Source of the DNA: Candidatus Gottesmanbacteria bacterium
Lineage (GTDB): Bacteria > Patescibacteriota > Microgenomatia > UBA10105 > UBA927
DNA length: 64,000 nt
Assembly: GCA_963711735.1 (NCBI GenBank)
Contig: CAVQFA010000003.1
Span: forward strand, 375,830-439,829
Direction: 5' to 3'
Made by a program: the position numbers and the translations under genes. The notes beneath the pieces were generated by a model, which worked only from the letters and a program-made list of their open reading frames with translations, was not told the DNA's origin and searched no databases. Positions 1 through 9,566 of the stretch are shown here, piece after piece (the stretch's first letter is position 1; every line of letters begins with the position of its first letter).

Positions 1-48
1 AGTATTAATTATCGCAAAGACCTGCCCGATACTACCAGGAGGTGGCGT

Positions 49-633
49 ATGATTTTAGAGGACATTATCATATCGCGTGTTCGGGTGAAAATGCTCGTTC
101 TGTTTTTGTCCAATCCGGGACAAATGTTCCATGTGCGGGATATTGTCAGAAAGCTGGATGAAGAGATAAACGCAGTGAGACGTGAACTTGGGCATATGGA
201 GCGCGCCGGGATGGTCGTCAAGGAGCAGCGTGCAAACAGGCTTTTTTATCTTTTCCGCAAAGATTACCCTCTTTTTTATGACCTGATGGAACTTATCGGC
301 AAGACACAGGGATTAGGGTGGGATATCATAAAAAACCGTGTGAAGCTCGGGAAAGTTAAATTTGCCATGTTGTCAGGAAGGTATATACGCGGAAAAGCCA
401 AAAAATCTCCCAATGATGTTGATCTTCTTCTTGTCGGAAGTGTCGTGCTTCCGGAATTGGCCCAGTTGGTAAAAGGAGAAGAAGCAAAACGCGGTACTGA
501 GCTTAACTATACAGTCATGACGGAAGAAGAATTTCTGTTCAGGAAGCGCCGCAGGGATCCGTTTGTTCTCTCTATCCTGGAAGGATCCCGTCTTATGCTC
601 ATCGGTGATGAAGAAGAGCTTGTGGTGAGTTGA
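49..633 (+). CDS. putative winged-helix DNA-binding protein (HTH-like N-terminal half; C-terminal half unassigned)
   Basis: 194-aa ORF immediately upstream of secD. The N-terminal ~70 aa has the helix-turn-wing pattern of small ArsR/MarR-like regulators (IVRKLDEEINAVRRELGHMERAGMV). No catalytic motif was recognised. Confidence 0.35.
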   Translation: MILEDIIISRVRVKMLVLFLSNPGQMFHVRDIVRKLDEEINAVRRELGHMERAGMVVKEQRANRLFYLFRKDYPLFYDLMELIGKTQGLGWDIIKNRVKLGKVKFAMLSGRYIRGKAKKSPNDVDLLLVGSVVLPELAQLVKGEEAKRGTELNYTVMTEEEFLFRKRRRDPFVLSILEGSRLMLIGDEEELVVS

Positions 634-692
634 GGGCTTACATTATCTGCATGCGCGTTTCAGATATTTTTACAATATAAATTTCTGCGGGA

Positions 693-721
693 TTCAAACG
701 CCGCAGAAAAATTGGTACAAT
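693..721 (+). promoter_or_regulatory. sigma70-like promoter for secD (TTCAAA-N17-TGgTACAAT, extended -10)
   Basis: Read directly from the sequence. It lies 28 nt upstream of the secD ATG and is preceded by an 8-bp-stem hairpin (ttctgcgg...ccgcagaa, ~683-708). Confidence 0.3.
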
Positions 722-748
722 ACTATTCTTGTCCTGCCTGAGATTATT

Positions 749-2131
749 ATGACGAAGCATCCTTTTCGAATTTTTCTCGTTCTTCTTCTCTTAGGAGTAA
801 TTGCTATTGCTATTGATCTTCCGGAAAATTATAAAGTGAATTTTTCACTCTTCGGGAAAAAAATCGACACTGTTATAAACCCTGTATCCGTGAATTATAA
901 GATCTTTAACATGAACATCCGGAAAACATTTCATACCCGTCTGGGATTGGATTTGGCGGGCGGAACCCATGTAGTGCTTGAAGCGGATATGAAAGACATT
1001 CCGTCTCATACAAGACTGGATGCCCTTGCGTCAGCGCAGGGTGTCATAGAACGGAGGGTGAATTTTTTCGGTGTGTCGGAACCTGTTGTGCAGACGGCAG
1101 TTTCAGACGGGAAATACAGGATTATTGTGGAACTTCCCGGTGTTACAAATACACAGGAAGCAATTAGTCTTATCGGACAGACAGCCAAGCTCGAATTCAG
1201 GGAGTTTACCAACTACACTCCGGCTACCGATTCTGCTTTTCTTTTTCCGACACTTCTCAATACAAAACCCGTCGGTATAACCGGGAAAGATCTCAAACGT
1301 GCAGAAATGACTTTCAGCTCCCAAACAGGGGAGCCGGAAGTATCCATAGAATTTACGGGTGAGGGCAGTAAATTGTTTGCCGATATTACAACCAGACTCG
1401 TCGGGAAACAATTGCCGATATTTTTAGACAACCTTCCTCTGACCTGGCCGAAGGTAAATACACCGATAACCGATGGCAGAGGGGTTATTACAGGTGCATT
1501 TACAAGGGAAGCGGCAAAAGAGCTTGCGCTGCAGCTTAACGCCGGTGCTTTGCCCGTTGCGGTGAAAATAGTTGAAAAGCGTACTGTCGGAGCCACGCTC
1601 GGGCAGGAGTCCGTGTCCGCTAGCGTCCGGGCGGGAGCAGTGGGCTTAGGTATCGTCGGACTTTTCATGATCGCTCAGTACGGAGTTTTGGGAATATTAG
1701 CTGATTTAGCCCTTATTCTCTACGGATTTCTGTCATTTGCGGTGTTCCGATGGATTCCGATAACGCTTACACTTCCCGGTATTGCAGGATTTTTCCTTTC
1801 TATAGGTATGGCGGTGGACGCGAATATTCTAATATTCGAGCGTTACAAAGAAGAGCTTCGGAGGGGTAAACCCTGGAATATTGCAATGGAGTTAGGATTC
1901 GGTAAAGCATGGGACAGTATACGGGATGCAAATTTTACCACCATCATAACCTCAATTATTTTATATAATCCCGGAAACTGGCAGTTTCTGCCGAATTCCG
2001 GTTTAGTACGCGGATTTGCAGCGACACTTTTAATCGGAGTCCTTATTAGTCTTTTTACCGGTATTGTTGTTACACGCACGTTTATCCGCGTATTATACAG
2101 ACCCCGCGTCAGTAAGGGAGGTCACGCATGA
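749..2131 (+). CDS. secD: protein translocase subunit SecD
   Basis: 460 aa with an N-terminal TM, a periplasmic domain carrying the SecD signature LGLDLAGGTHVVLEAD, and a C-terminal six-TM bundle. Its stop overlaps the secF start (ATGA). Confidence 0.9.
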   Translation: MTKHPFRIFLVLLLLGVIAIAIDLPENYKVNFSLFGKKIDTVINPVSVNYKIFNMNIRKTFHTRLGLDLAGGTHVVLEADMKDIPSHTRLDALASAQGVIERRVNFFGVSEPVVQTAVSDGKYRIIVELPGVTNTQEAISLIGQTAKLEFREFTNYTPATDSAFLFPTLLNTKPVGITGKDLKRAEMTFSSQTGEPEVSIEFTGEGSKLFADITTRLVGKQLPIFLDNLPLTWPKVNTPITDGRGVITGAFTREAAKELALQLNAGALPVAVKIVEKRTVGATLGQESVSASVRAGAVGLGIVGLFMIAQYGVLGILADLALILYGFLSFAVFRWIPITLTLPGIAGFFLSIGMAVDANILIFERYKEELRRGKPWNIAMELGFGKAWDSIRDANFTTIITSIILYNPGNWQFLPNSGLVRGFAATLLIGVLISLFTGIVVTRTFIRVLYRPRVSKGGHA

Positions 2132-3006
2132 TACGATTTTCTCGCTATATCTGGTTATACGCACTTATTTCCGGATGTGTTATCGTTCCCGGAATACTGT
2201 CACTTATTTTTTACGGTCTGAAACCGTCCATAGATTTTTCCGGAGGGACTCTTTTTGAAGTGAGGTTCTCTAAATCTGTTTCAATGAAAGACATCGAAAA
2301 TGCAGCAAAAAAAGTAAAACTGGAACTTTCAAGTATTCAGCCGTCAGGAAGTAATGTATTTATCCTTCGGTCAAAAGGGGAGGAAGCAGATAAAATGACG
2401 ACTCTTTTGTCAGATGTATCAAAAGCAGCATCAGCATCTCCTGAAATTGTCCGCGAAGAATCTGTCGGACCGATTATCGGCAAAGAACTTCTTAGTAAAG
2501 CTTTGGTTGCTGCGATTATCGTTATCATAGCGATACTCTGTTATGTTGCGTATGCGTTTAAAAATATCATGTTCGGTGTTGCAGCCGTTGTTTCACTGGT
2601 GCACGATGTGCTTGTGATGCTCGGAATATTTTCTCTATTGGGGAAATTTTTGGGCGTAGAAGTTGATACGCTCTATGTGACTGCGGTTCTCACTACCATG
2701 AGTTTTTCCGTTCATGATACGATCGTCATTTTGGACCGCATCCGTGAGTATCAGAAAAAAGCATCTCACATATCTTTTGAAGATATTTCAGACAGGGCTA
2801 TGACCGAAACGATGGGCAGATCTATCACAAACTCAATGACAATCATTTTTATGCTCGTGGCTCTGATATTTATGGGCGGAGATACTGTCAAATGGTTTTC
2901 CGTTGCTTTGCTTGTGGGTACCGTTTCTGGTACGTATTCATCACCGTTTATAGCTACACCGTCACTCATTCTTATCAACCGTTGGAAAAACAGGAAGAAA
3001 AAATAA
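2128..3006 (+). CDS. secF: protein translocase subunit SecF
   Basis: 292 aa with the SecF motif IDFSGGTLFEVRF after the first TM and a six-TM core. Translationally coupled to secD. Confidence 0.85.
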   Translation: MIRFSRYIWLYALISGCVIVPGILSLIFYGLKPSIDFSGGTLFEVRFSKSVSMKDIENAAKKVKLELSSIQPSGSNVFILRSKGEEADKMTTLLSDVSKAASASPEIVREESVGPIIGKELLSKALVAAIIVIIAILCYVAYAFKNIMFGVAAVVSLVHDVLVMLGIFSLLGKFLGVEVDTLYVTAVLTTMSFSVHDTIVILDRIREYQKKASHISFEDISDRAMTETMGRSITNSMTIIFMLVALIFMGGDTVKWFSVALLVGTVSGTYSSPFIATPSLILINRWKNRKKK

Positions 3007-3008
3007 AT

Positions 3009-4379
3009 TTATTTCGAAATGGGTTTTACCGCTTTTTCCAATTCCCGTAATAAAGCATCCCTTTCATTTGGTATCGTTCCTTTTTCCACCTGTGAGAATA
3101 ATGCGTTAAGCGTTTCTCCTACTTTTGGACCGGGTTTGAGGTGTAGTATTTTCATGACATCGTATCCGTCGATATGTAAATCCGCAACCGTAAAAGGTTG
3201 TTTCTGAACTTCAACAAGACGCTTCTTGAAAAGTTCCATCCGCCACGATGTTTCCAGAGCGCCCCCGCCGAGTCTGTCTCCGGTACGGAGTGCAAGCATG
3301 TCTTCGAGATTTTCTTTACCCACGTGCCGTATAATCCGTCTTATTGCACTGTCAGTTTGCCTTTCGTCTACAGTAAACTGATGCCATCGTACCAGGGTAA
3401 GGATGCGTTCACTATCGTTCTTAGACATGCGGAGTCTTTGCATAATTCCTTTTACGAGTTTAGTACTGATTATTTCATGGTTATAAAATGTGACGAGCCC
3501 TGTTGTGTCCTCGCGGAAAGTCGGTACTTTCCCGATATCATGGAGAAGTGTCGCAAGCCGGACAATGGGGTCTTTTGACGGACAATGTTTGAGAGCCATC
3601 ACAGAGTGTGTCCCGACATCATAGATATGATGCCTCTTCGGACTTTTCTGCTTTACTTCAAATGCGCGGTCCAGTTCAGGCAGAATAACTGAGAGGATTT
3701 GTGTATTTTTTGCAAGAAGGATACCGTCGGAAGGATAGTCGGATGCCATGATTTTAATAAGTTCCGCCTGAATCCGCTCAGGAGATACGTTTGAAAGGAG
3801 CGTTGCATGTTTCCGGATGGCCTGAGCGCTCGTCGGATCAATGAGGAAACCAAGCTCTGATGCTATCCGTATTGCACGCATCATGCGGAGCGCATCTTCC
3901 TGGAAGCGGTCTTCAGGATTCCCTACTGTACGGATTATTTTATCCTGTAAATCTTTCTGACCGCCGTGTGGGTCAAAGATTTCTTTACCGTCCGTAGCGA
4001 TTGCGTTTATCGTAAAATCCCGTCGTGATAAATCTTCCGCAAGGGTTACGCCCCACGTTATCTTATCCGGATGGCGGAAATCCGAGTACTCTTTCTCGCT
4101 CCTGTATGTCGTAATTTCATAAATGTCATCAGGTTTTACGCTTGTATCTTTCCCGGTACTGTATATTTTCACACCTACCGTTCCGAACTGGTTATCATAA
4201 AAACTATCGGGAAAAATTCCAAGCACCTGTTCCGGAGTTGCATTCGTCGTAAAATCCCAACCTTTTGTCCCTTTACCCAGAAGCGTATCGCGCACGGAAC
4301 CGCCGACAGCATAACACTGAAATCCTTTTTTATGCATCGTATCGATAATATGTTGGGCTGTTGTGGGAAGACGGATCAT
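3009..4379 (-). CDS. cca: CCA-adding tRNA nucleotidyltransferase / poly(A) polymerase family with HD domain
   Basis: N-terminal Pol-beta nucleotidyltransferase head (AVGGSVRDTLLGK, DFTT). Downstream HD phosphohydrolase motif (LLHDIGK). Confidence 0.8.
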   Translation of the reverse strand: MIRLPTTAQHIIDTMHKKGFQCYAVGGSVRDTLLGKGTKGWDFTTNATPEQVLGIFPDSFYDNQFGTVGVKIYSTGKDTSVKPDDIYEITTYRSEKEYSDFRHPDKITWGVTLAEDLSRRDFTINAIATDGKEIFDPHGGQKDLQDKIIRTVGNPEDRFQEDALRMMRAIRIASELGFLIDPTSAQAIRKHATLLSNVSPERIQAELIKIMASDYPSDGILLAKNTQILSVILPELDRAFEVKQKSPKRHHIYDVGTHSVMALKHCPSKDPIVRLATLLHDIGKVPTFREDTTGLVTFYNHEIISTKLVKGIMQRLRMSKNDSERILTLVRWHQFTVDERQTDSAIRRIIRHVGKENLEDMLALRTGDRLGGGALETSWRMELFKKRLVEVQKQPFTVADLHIDGYDVMKILHLKPGPKVGETLNALFSQVEKGTIPNERDALLRELEKAVKPISK

Positions 4380-4467
4380 ACTGGTATTATATACCCATCT
4401 TAGGCGACTACGAAAACCTACTAATCAACATATAACATAAACCTATAATTTACAACTAATAACTCAT

Positions 4468-6141
4468 ATGCATCAAAAAAAATGGAATATTCTCGGTGCG
4501 ACCCCGGATTTTCACCAAACTGATCCAATAGATTCCGTGATTTCTGTTCTTCTTGCCAACCGCGGCATCCATACGGATATAGAAAAAAGAAAATTTCTCA
4601 ATCCACCTCATCCGAATGATATAGACATATCCGGAGTCGGTATTGATAAGGCCGGGATGAAAAGAGCTGTAGCGCGCATTAAAGACGCTATCGAGAAAAA
4701 AGAATCCATCGTTGTTTATGCAGATTATGATGCAGACGGTATTACGTCGGGCGCAGTTCTATGGGAATCAATATACGCATTAAAGGGAAACGTCATGCCG
4801 TACATCCCGCACCGTACGGAAGAGGGGTACGGATTATCCAGGCAGGGGATTGATACCGTTATCAGAGAACATCATCCGACGCTTATTATTACCGTTGACC
4901 ATGGTATTACAGCCCATGAGCAAGTGAAATATGCCAACCGGCTTGGCATTGAAGTCATTGTGACAGATCATCACGTGAAACCGGATAAATTACCGGATTG
5001 CACGCTCGTGCATACCACCAAGCTTTCCGGAGTCGGGGTTACATGGATGTTAGCGCGTGAGCTTTTCCGTTCATTCAGCAAATCCATTCCCGACACCTAC
5101 CTTGCGTTTGTTGCCATAGGAACAATTGCTGACATGGTACCTTTAACGGGGATGAATCGGTCCATTGTTAAATACGGTCTTATACAAATCAATCAAACGG
5201 ACCGTATCGGCATCCGGGCGCTTATTGAGGAGGCAGGACTTGCGGGTAAAACCGTACAAACATACGATGTATCTCATATTCTTGCTCCGCGCCTCAATGC
5301 TATGGGCAGAATAGTTCATGCAATTGATGCACTCCGGCTTCTTTGTACAAAAAACACTGATAAAGCGCACGATCTGGCATTGCTTCTCGGAAGTACAAAT
5401 AGGGAACGGCAGCAGCTGACACTCGATACTACCGTCCATGCCATCGGGAAGGTGAAAGGATTGGATAAGAGAAAACTTATCATGATAGGAGATACATCAT
5501 ACAATCCCGGTATTATCGGTCTGGTTGCGGGTAAACTCGTAGAAGAATACTACAGACCGAGTGTAGTATTGTCAGTGGGAGAAGAGGTTACAAAAGGATC
5601 AGCGCGTTCCATCCCCGGATTTAATATTATTGAAGCTATCAGATCCTGTTCGGATAGTCTCATTGACGCGGGCGGACATCCGATGGCAGCAGGGTTTACG
5701 CTTCAAACGGCAAAAATTGACGAATTTCGAGCGAAACTGGAGGCGATTGCCCAAAAAGGTCTCACCGACGGGATGCTTATACGAACCCTTCATATAGATA
5801 CAGAAATTCCGCTTGTATATGTTACTGAAGATTTATGGAAAAAAATTCAGGAATTTGCACCGTTTGGATTTGGCAACTACGAACCGGTGTTTGCAACGAA
5901 AAGTATATCTGTTGTTGAATCCCATTTGGTAGGAAAAGACGGAAAACACATGAAAATGAAGGTCAAAAATAATGCAGATGAAGGATTAACTTTCGACACA
6001 ATTGCTTTCGGCAAAGGAGATCACGCAGGAAAATTGACAGGTCATCCTGTTGTAGATATTGCATACACTATAGATATAAATGAATGGAATTCACACAGAA
6101 AGGTTCAGTTAATAGTTAAAGATATTATCTATCCGGTATAA
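4468..6141 (+). CDS. recJ: single-stranded-DNA-specific exonuclease RecJ
   Basis: DHH motif (VYADYDADGITSGAV, TDHH), DHHA1 motif (GGHPMAAGF) and a C-terminal OB-like region. 557 aa. Confidence 0.85.
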   Translation: MHQKKWNILGATPDFHQTDPIDSVISVLLANRGIHTDIEKRKFLNPPHPNDIDISGVGIDKAGMKRAVARIKDAIEKKESIVVYADYDADGITSGAVLWESIYALKGNVMPYIPHRTEEGYGLSRQGIDTVIREHHPTLIITVDHGITAHEQVKYANRLGIEVIVTDHHVKPDKLPDCTLVHTTKLSGVGVTWMLARELFRSFSKSIPDTYLAFVAIGTIADMVPLTGMNRSIVKYGLIQINQTDRIGIRALIEEAGLAGKTVQTYDVSHILAPRLNAMGRIVHAIDALRLLCTKNTDKAHDLALLLGSTNRERQQLTLDTTVHAIGKVKGLDKRKLIMIGDTSYNPGIIGLVAGKLVEEYYRPSVVLSVGEEVTKGSARSIPGFNIIEAIRSCSDSLIDAGGHPMAAGFTLQTAKIDEFRAKLEAIAQKGLTDGMLIRTLHIDTEIPLVYVTEDLWKKIQEFAPFGFGNYEPVFATKSISVVESHLVGKDGKHMKMKVKNNADEGLTFDTIAFGKGDHAGKLTGHPVVDIAYTIDINEWNSHRKVQLIVKDIIYPV

Positions 6142-6458
6142 CCTTCCGCATCAAACCATCCCAAAACTCTGGCTGCCGCAATCTCGAGTGAATATGTCTC
6201 ATCCGGCTCGATTATGGCAAACCCTAATTGTACAGGAAGATCGCCTTCTGTCCTGGACAGGAGGAGCATTGTTGTTCCGTCTGTTTGAGGTTGTATTTCT
6301 TCTACGATAAAACTTGCGTTTCGTATTTCCGGCAGCGATGTAGCCTCTCTGTGTTTAGCAAGCAGTTTTTGCATACACTGTGGATTCATGGGCGGTTCCA
6401 ATTGTGTTGGATCGACGCCAAACGCTTTTTTAAATACTCTTTCGATTTTCGAAGTCAT
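6129..6458 (-). CDS. hypothetical small protein (109 aa)
   Basis: ORF with a canonical AGGAGG Shine-Dalgarno 7 nt upstream of its ATG on the minus strand. That SD sits inside a hairpin (see regulatory feature). No recognisable domain. Confidence 0.4.
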   Translation of the reverse strand: MTSKIERVFKKAFGVDPTQLEPPMNPQCMQKLLAKHREATSLPEIRNASFIVEEIQPQTDGTTMLLLSRTEGDLPVQLGFAIIEPDETYSLEIAAARVLGWFDAEGYTG

Positions 6459-6464
6459 AAAAAA

Positions 6465-6481
6465 ACCTCCTGCTTGGAGGT
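6465..6481 (-). promoter_or_regulatory. SD-sequestering hairpin (ACCTCC-loop-GGAGGT) in the 5' leader of the 6129..6458 gene; a partial second copy lies at ~6519-6533
   Basis: On the minus-strand mRNA, 5'-ACCUCCaagcAGGAGGU pairs anti-SD CCUCC with the gene's SD. A related CCTCCtcatGGAGG element lies ~50 nt further upstream. Confidence 0.3.
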
Positions 6482-6614
6482 TTATGGTGATAATCCTGAA
6501 TTTTTCCTTTTACACCATAAACCCGTCCTCCTCATGGAGGTGTGTAATGATAATCATGTATATACGCTGTATTCTGTTCATACGGCCTATTGTATATACC
6601 TGTTTTTCACTCTC

Positions 6615-6643
6615 TTGTCAATATGAAAAAATCCCACTACAAT
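6615..6643 (+). promoter_or_regulatory. sigma70-like promoter for aspS (TTGTCA-N17-TACAAT)
   Basis: Near-consensus hexamers with 17-nt spacing, ~48 nt upstream of the aspS ATG at 6692. Confidence 0.4.
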
Positions 6644-6691
6644 CATCTGGAATACGGGTGTATCAATTGTGATGTGGTATATTTTCCTTCT

Positions 6692-8527
6692 ATGACACGA
6701 ATACTTTCATCAGAAACAATAAAACAAGTAGGTGGCAAGGTCTTTCTTCAGGGTTGGATAGATAAACGCCGTGATCACGGAAAGATTATGTTTCTGGATC
6801 TGCGTGACCGTTCAGGCATCGTCCAATTGGTGTCAAATAAATCTTTGGGAGATGCGCGTCCGGAAGATTGTGTGGAAATTACGGGAGAAGTGAAAAGCAG
6901 ACCGCCGGCAATGGTAAATCCTAAGCTGCGGACCGGTACCGTAGAAGTGGAAGTGACGAATCTGGTCATCCTGTCCAAATCTGCGGAACTTCCGTTTCCC
7001 TTGGATACCGACGGACGGGATATAAACGAAGAAACGCGGTTGAAGTACAGATACCTGGATCTCAGGAGAAGTCGTCTTGCAGGAAATATCCACTTACGTT
7101 CACGGATGGTTGACTGTGCACGTCAGTATCTTTTCAAGCAGGATTTTACGGAAATAGAGACCCCCATCCTCACCAAATCTACACCGGAAGGGTCACGGGA
7201 TTTTCTCGTTCCTTCGCGTATGCAGCCTGGTAAATTTTACGCACTTCCGCAGTCACCTCAGCAGTATAAACAACTGTTGATGGTTGCAGGGTTTGAGCGG
7301 TATTTCCAGATAGCCAGGTGTATGAGGGATGAAGATCTTCGTGCAGACAGAGGGTTTGAACACACACAAGTGGACATGGAGATGAGTTTCGTAAAAAGGG
7401 AAGATGTTATGGCAATGGTAGAAGGATTGACGATACATGTTATCGAATCCCTCGGAGGAAAGATCCGAAAAAAGCCCTTTCCGGTCATTTCATACAAAGA
7501 GGCAATGGCGAAATACGGTGCTGATAAGTTTGATATGCGGACAGAGGAAGAGAAGAAAAAGGGAATCCATGCTTTCGCATGGGTCGTGGATTTTCCGTTT
7601 TTTGAAAAAGACGCAGACGGCAACTGGACATATACCCATAACCCGTTTTCCGATATCATGCCGGGTGACAAAGCAGCATTCATGAAAGGTCAGATTGAGG
7701 GTATACTGACGACCCAGTATGATCTCATATGGAACGGTTATGAAGCCGGCGGAGGAAGTATAAGAAATACGGATCCCGTGGTAACGGAGAAAGTATTTGA
7801 AGTTCTCGGACACAGTAAGGAAAAGATCCAATCACAGTTTGGACATATGCTCAAAGCTTTCACATACGGTGTTCCTCCGCATGGAGGAATTGCTCTTGGT
7901 GTTGACCGGTGGGTCATGTGTTTTACCGGAGAAACATCCATCAAGGAAGTGCAGGCATTTCCTCAGACTTCAAGCGGTCAGACAAGTATCATGGATGCAC
8001 CAAGCGTTGTTGACGAAAGACAGCTCGATGAACTCGGCATTAGTATCAAACGATCATCAGGAGGTCAGGATGTATACGATACGATTATCAGGGATTTAGA
8101 GGCTAAGCATATTACCTATAAAGCATATACACATGAGCCGGTACATACCTCAGAGGAAGCCGCAAAGGTGAGAAATTCTCCTATATCCTGGGGAGCAAAA
8201 GCCATTGTTATGTACGCAGACGGTAATCCTGTTATGGTTGTTGTTGCGGGGGACACAAAGATTGACGGAAAGGCATTCAAAACCGCTTTCGGAGTAAAAG
8301 ATCTCCGTATGGCAACTCCCGATGAGGTTCTGAAAGTGACATCCGTACCGATCGGAGCGGTTCCTCCGTTCGGGCACATTTTCCATATTCCGCTCTATGC
8401 AGACCGGCATGTGTTGGATTCCGATACCGTCATATTCAATGCAGGTCTTCACGAGAAGTCCATATCACTTTCGGGTAAGGAATATGAGCGCATTACACGA
8501 CCGATAGTCGGAAAGTTTTCCAAATAA
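6692..8527 (+). CDS. aspS: aspartyl-tRNA synthetase (compact, no GAD insertion) fused to a C-terminal YbaK/ProX-like aminoacyl-tRNA deacylase domain
   Basis: N-terminal OB anticodon-binding domain (FLQGWIDKRRDHGKIMFLDLRDRSGIVQLV). Class II motifs: PEGSRDFLVPSR, FYALPQSPQQYKQLLMVAGFERYFQIARCMRDEDLRADR, GGGSIR, PPHGGIALGVDR. A ~160-aa tail (GAKAIVM...ATPDEVLKVTSVPIGAVPPFG...FNAG) matches the YbaK/ProX/ProRS-INS fold. ATG 6692 was chosen over the upstream in-frame TTG at 6590. Confidence 0.8.
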   Translation: MTRILSSETIKQVGGKVFLQGWIDKRRDHGKIMFLDLRDRSGIVQLVSNKSLGDARPEDCVEITGEVKSRPPAMVNPKLRTGTVEVEVTNLVILSKSAELPFPLDTDGRDINEETRLKYRYLDLRRSRLAGNIHLRSRMVDCARQYLFKQDFTEIETPILTKSTPEGSRDFLVPSRMQPGKFYALPQSPQQYKQLLMVAGFERYFQIARCMRDEDLRADRGFEHTQVDMEMSFVKREDVMAMVEGLTIHVIESLGGKIRKKPFPVISYKEAMAKYGADKFDMRTEEEKKKGIHAFAWVVDFPFFEKDADGNWTYTHNPFSDIMPGDKAAFMKGQIEGILTTQYDLIWNGYEAGGGSIRNTDPVVTEKVFEVLGHSKEKIQSQFGHMLKAFTYGVPPHGGIALGVDRWVMCFTGETSIKEVQAFPQTSSGQTSIMDAPSVVDERQLDELGISIKRSSGGQDVYDTIIRDLEAKHITYKAYTHEPVHTSEEAAKVRNSPISWGAKAIVMYADGNPVMVVVAGDTKIDGKAFKTAFGVKDLRMATPDEVLKVTSVPIGAVPPFGHIFHIPLYADRHVLDSDTVIFNAGLHEKSISLSGKEYERITRPIVGKFSK

Positions 8528-8531
8528 ATGT

Positions 8532-9500
8532 ATGTCAAAACGTACCATTACCCTGCCGGAACTTTCCGTAATGTTCGGCAAAAGACTGTTTCAGATTGTT
8601 TCACTTCTTCTTTTGGGTATGCTCATATTACTTTCTCCCGGTCAGAATATTTATACGACCGGACTTGGAACTATATATGAAAAACAGCACACTCTGGATA
8701 TTCCGATTCCGTCCCCGCATCCGTATCCCGTAAATACATCCGGTGTTGTACCGGGTGATGATATTACGGCAAGCGCTGTTGTCATCCGCGATGCCGATTC
8801 AGGCACTTATATGTACAAGAGAAATGAACGTGAGTCTTTATCACCCGCTTCGACAACTAAATTGCTGACCGCACTTGTGATTCTGGACAGGTTTAAACCT
8901 GACGATATCATGACTGTCAATACGGTTGTGAGCGACGGTCAGGTGATGGGTCTTTTTTCCGGTGAACAGATCACAGTCGAAAATTTACTCTACGGCATGC
9001 TTATTCATTCAGGTAATGACGCTGCATACGCGCTTGCGGAAAACTATCCGGGAGGGTATGACGCATTTATCCGTGCGATGAATAAAAAAGCCCGGAGTCT
9101 TTCCATGACAGACAGTGTATTTACAAATCCCATCGGATTTGATGATCCGGCGCACAAAGTGACAGCTATAGACCTGACAAAGCTTGCCATGGCTGCTCTT
9201 TATAATCCGATTATTGTCAAAATGGTTGCAATTCCTGCAATTACCATTTCCGATGTGACCCATACCTATTATCATTCCCTGAAAAATATTAATGAGCTCA
9301 TCGGTAAAATTCCCGGAGTTGCAGGTATGAAAACAGGATGGACCGAAGAAGCAGGAGAAAATCTTATAACCCTCGTTGACAGGAACGGACATAAAGTGAT
9401 TTTTGTAGTCCTGCATAGCGCCGACCGGTTTGGCGATACGACGAAGCTTATTGATTGGGCATTTTCCTCATTTGAATGGAAAGAATACAAACCTAAATAG
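8532..9500 (+). CDS. D-alanyl-D-alanine carboxypeptidase (serine peptidase S11, PBP5-like)
   Basis: N-terminal TM/signal, SxxK (SPASTTKLLTA), SxN (HSGNDAAYALAE) and KTG (KTGWTEEAG) motifs. 322 aa. Confidence 0.8.
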   Translation: MSKRTITLPELSVMFGKRLFQIVSLLLLGMLILLSPGQNIYTTGLGTIYEKQHTLDIPIPSPHPYPVNTSGVVPGDDITASAVVIRDADSGTYMYKRNERESLSPASTTKLLTALVILDRFKPDDIMTVNTVVSDGQVMGLFSGEQITVENLLYGMLIHSGNDAAYALAENYPGGYDAFIRAMNKKARSLSMTDSVFTNPIGFDDPAHKVTAIDLTKLAMAALYNPIIVKMVAIPAITISDVTHTYYHSLKNINELIGKIPGVAGMKTGWTEEAGENLITLVDRNGHKVIFVVLHSADRFGDTTKLIDWAFSSFEWKEYKPK

Positions 9501-9513
9501 AACGGTAATACGT

Positions 9514-9546
9514 GATTCAGGATTCATGAATCATTAATCCTGAATC
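9514..9546. terminator. bidirectional hairpin (11-bp perfect inverted repeat, 11-nt loop) between convergent genes
   Basis: GATTCAGGATT-catgaatcatt-AATCCTGAATC, between the dac-like gene (+) and the 9567..10622 gene (-). Flanked by AT-rich sequence but no clean U-tract. Confidence 0.4.
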
Positions 9547-9566
9547 GTAAATCTTATATCTTACTG

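Noticed and set aside
1006-1668. Several 60-150-aa ORFs antisense or out of frame inside secD (1006..1212 -, 1071..1280 +, 1103..1411 -, 1213..1668 -)
   Set aside because: They are nested within a well-supported conserved gene, have no motifs and no RBS. They are typical spurious ORFs.
6388-6672. 94-aa + strand ORF spanning the recJ-aspS intergenic region
   Set aside because: It overlaps the hairpins and the predicted aspS promoter. The protein is low-complexity and hydrophobic with no domain. More likely non-coding leader/promoter DNA.
6590-6691. TTG-initiated N-terminal extension of aspS in the ORF track
   Set aside because: Conserved AspRS N-terminal OB domain begins at the ATG at 6692. 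A near-consensus promoter lies inside the extension.
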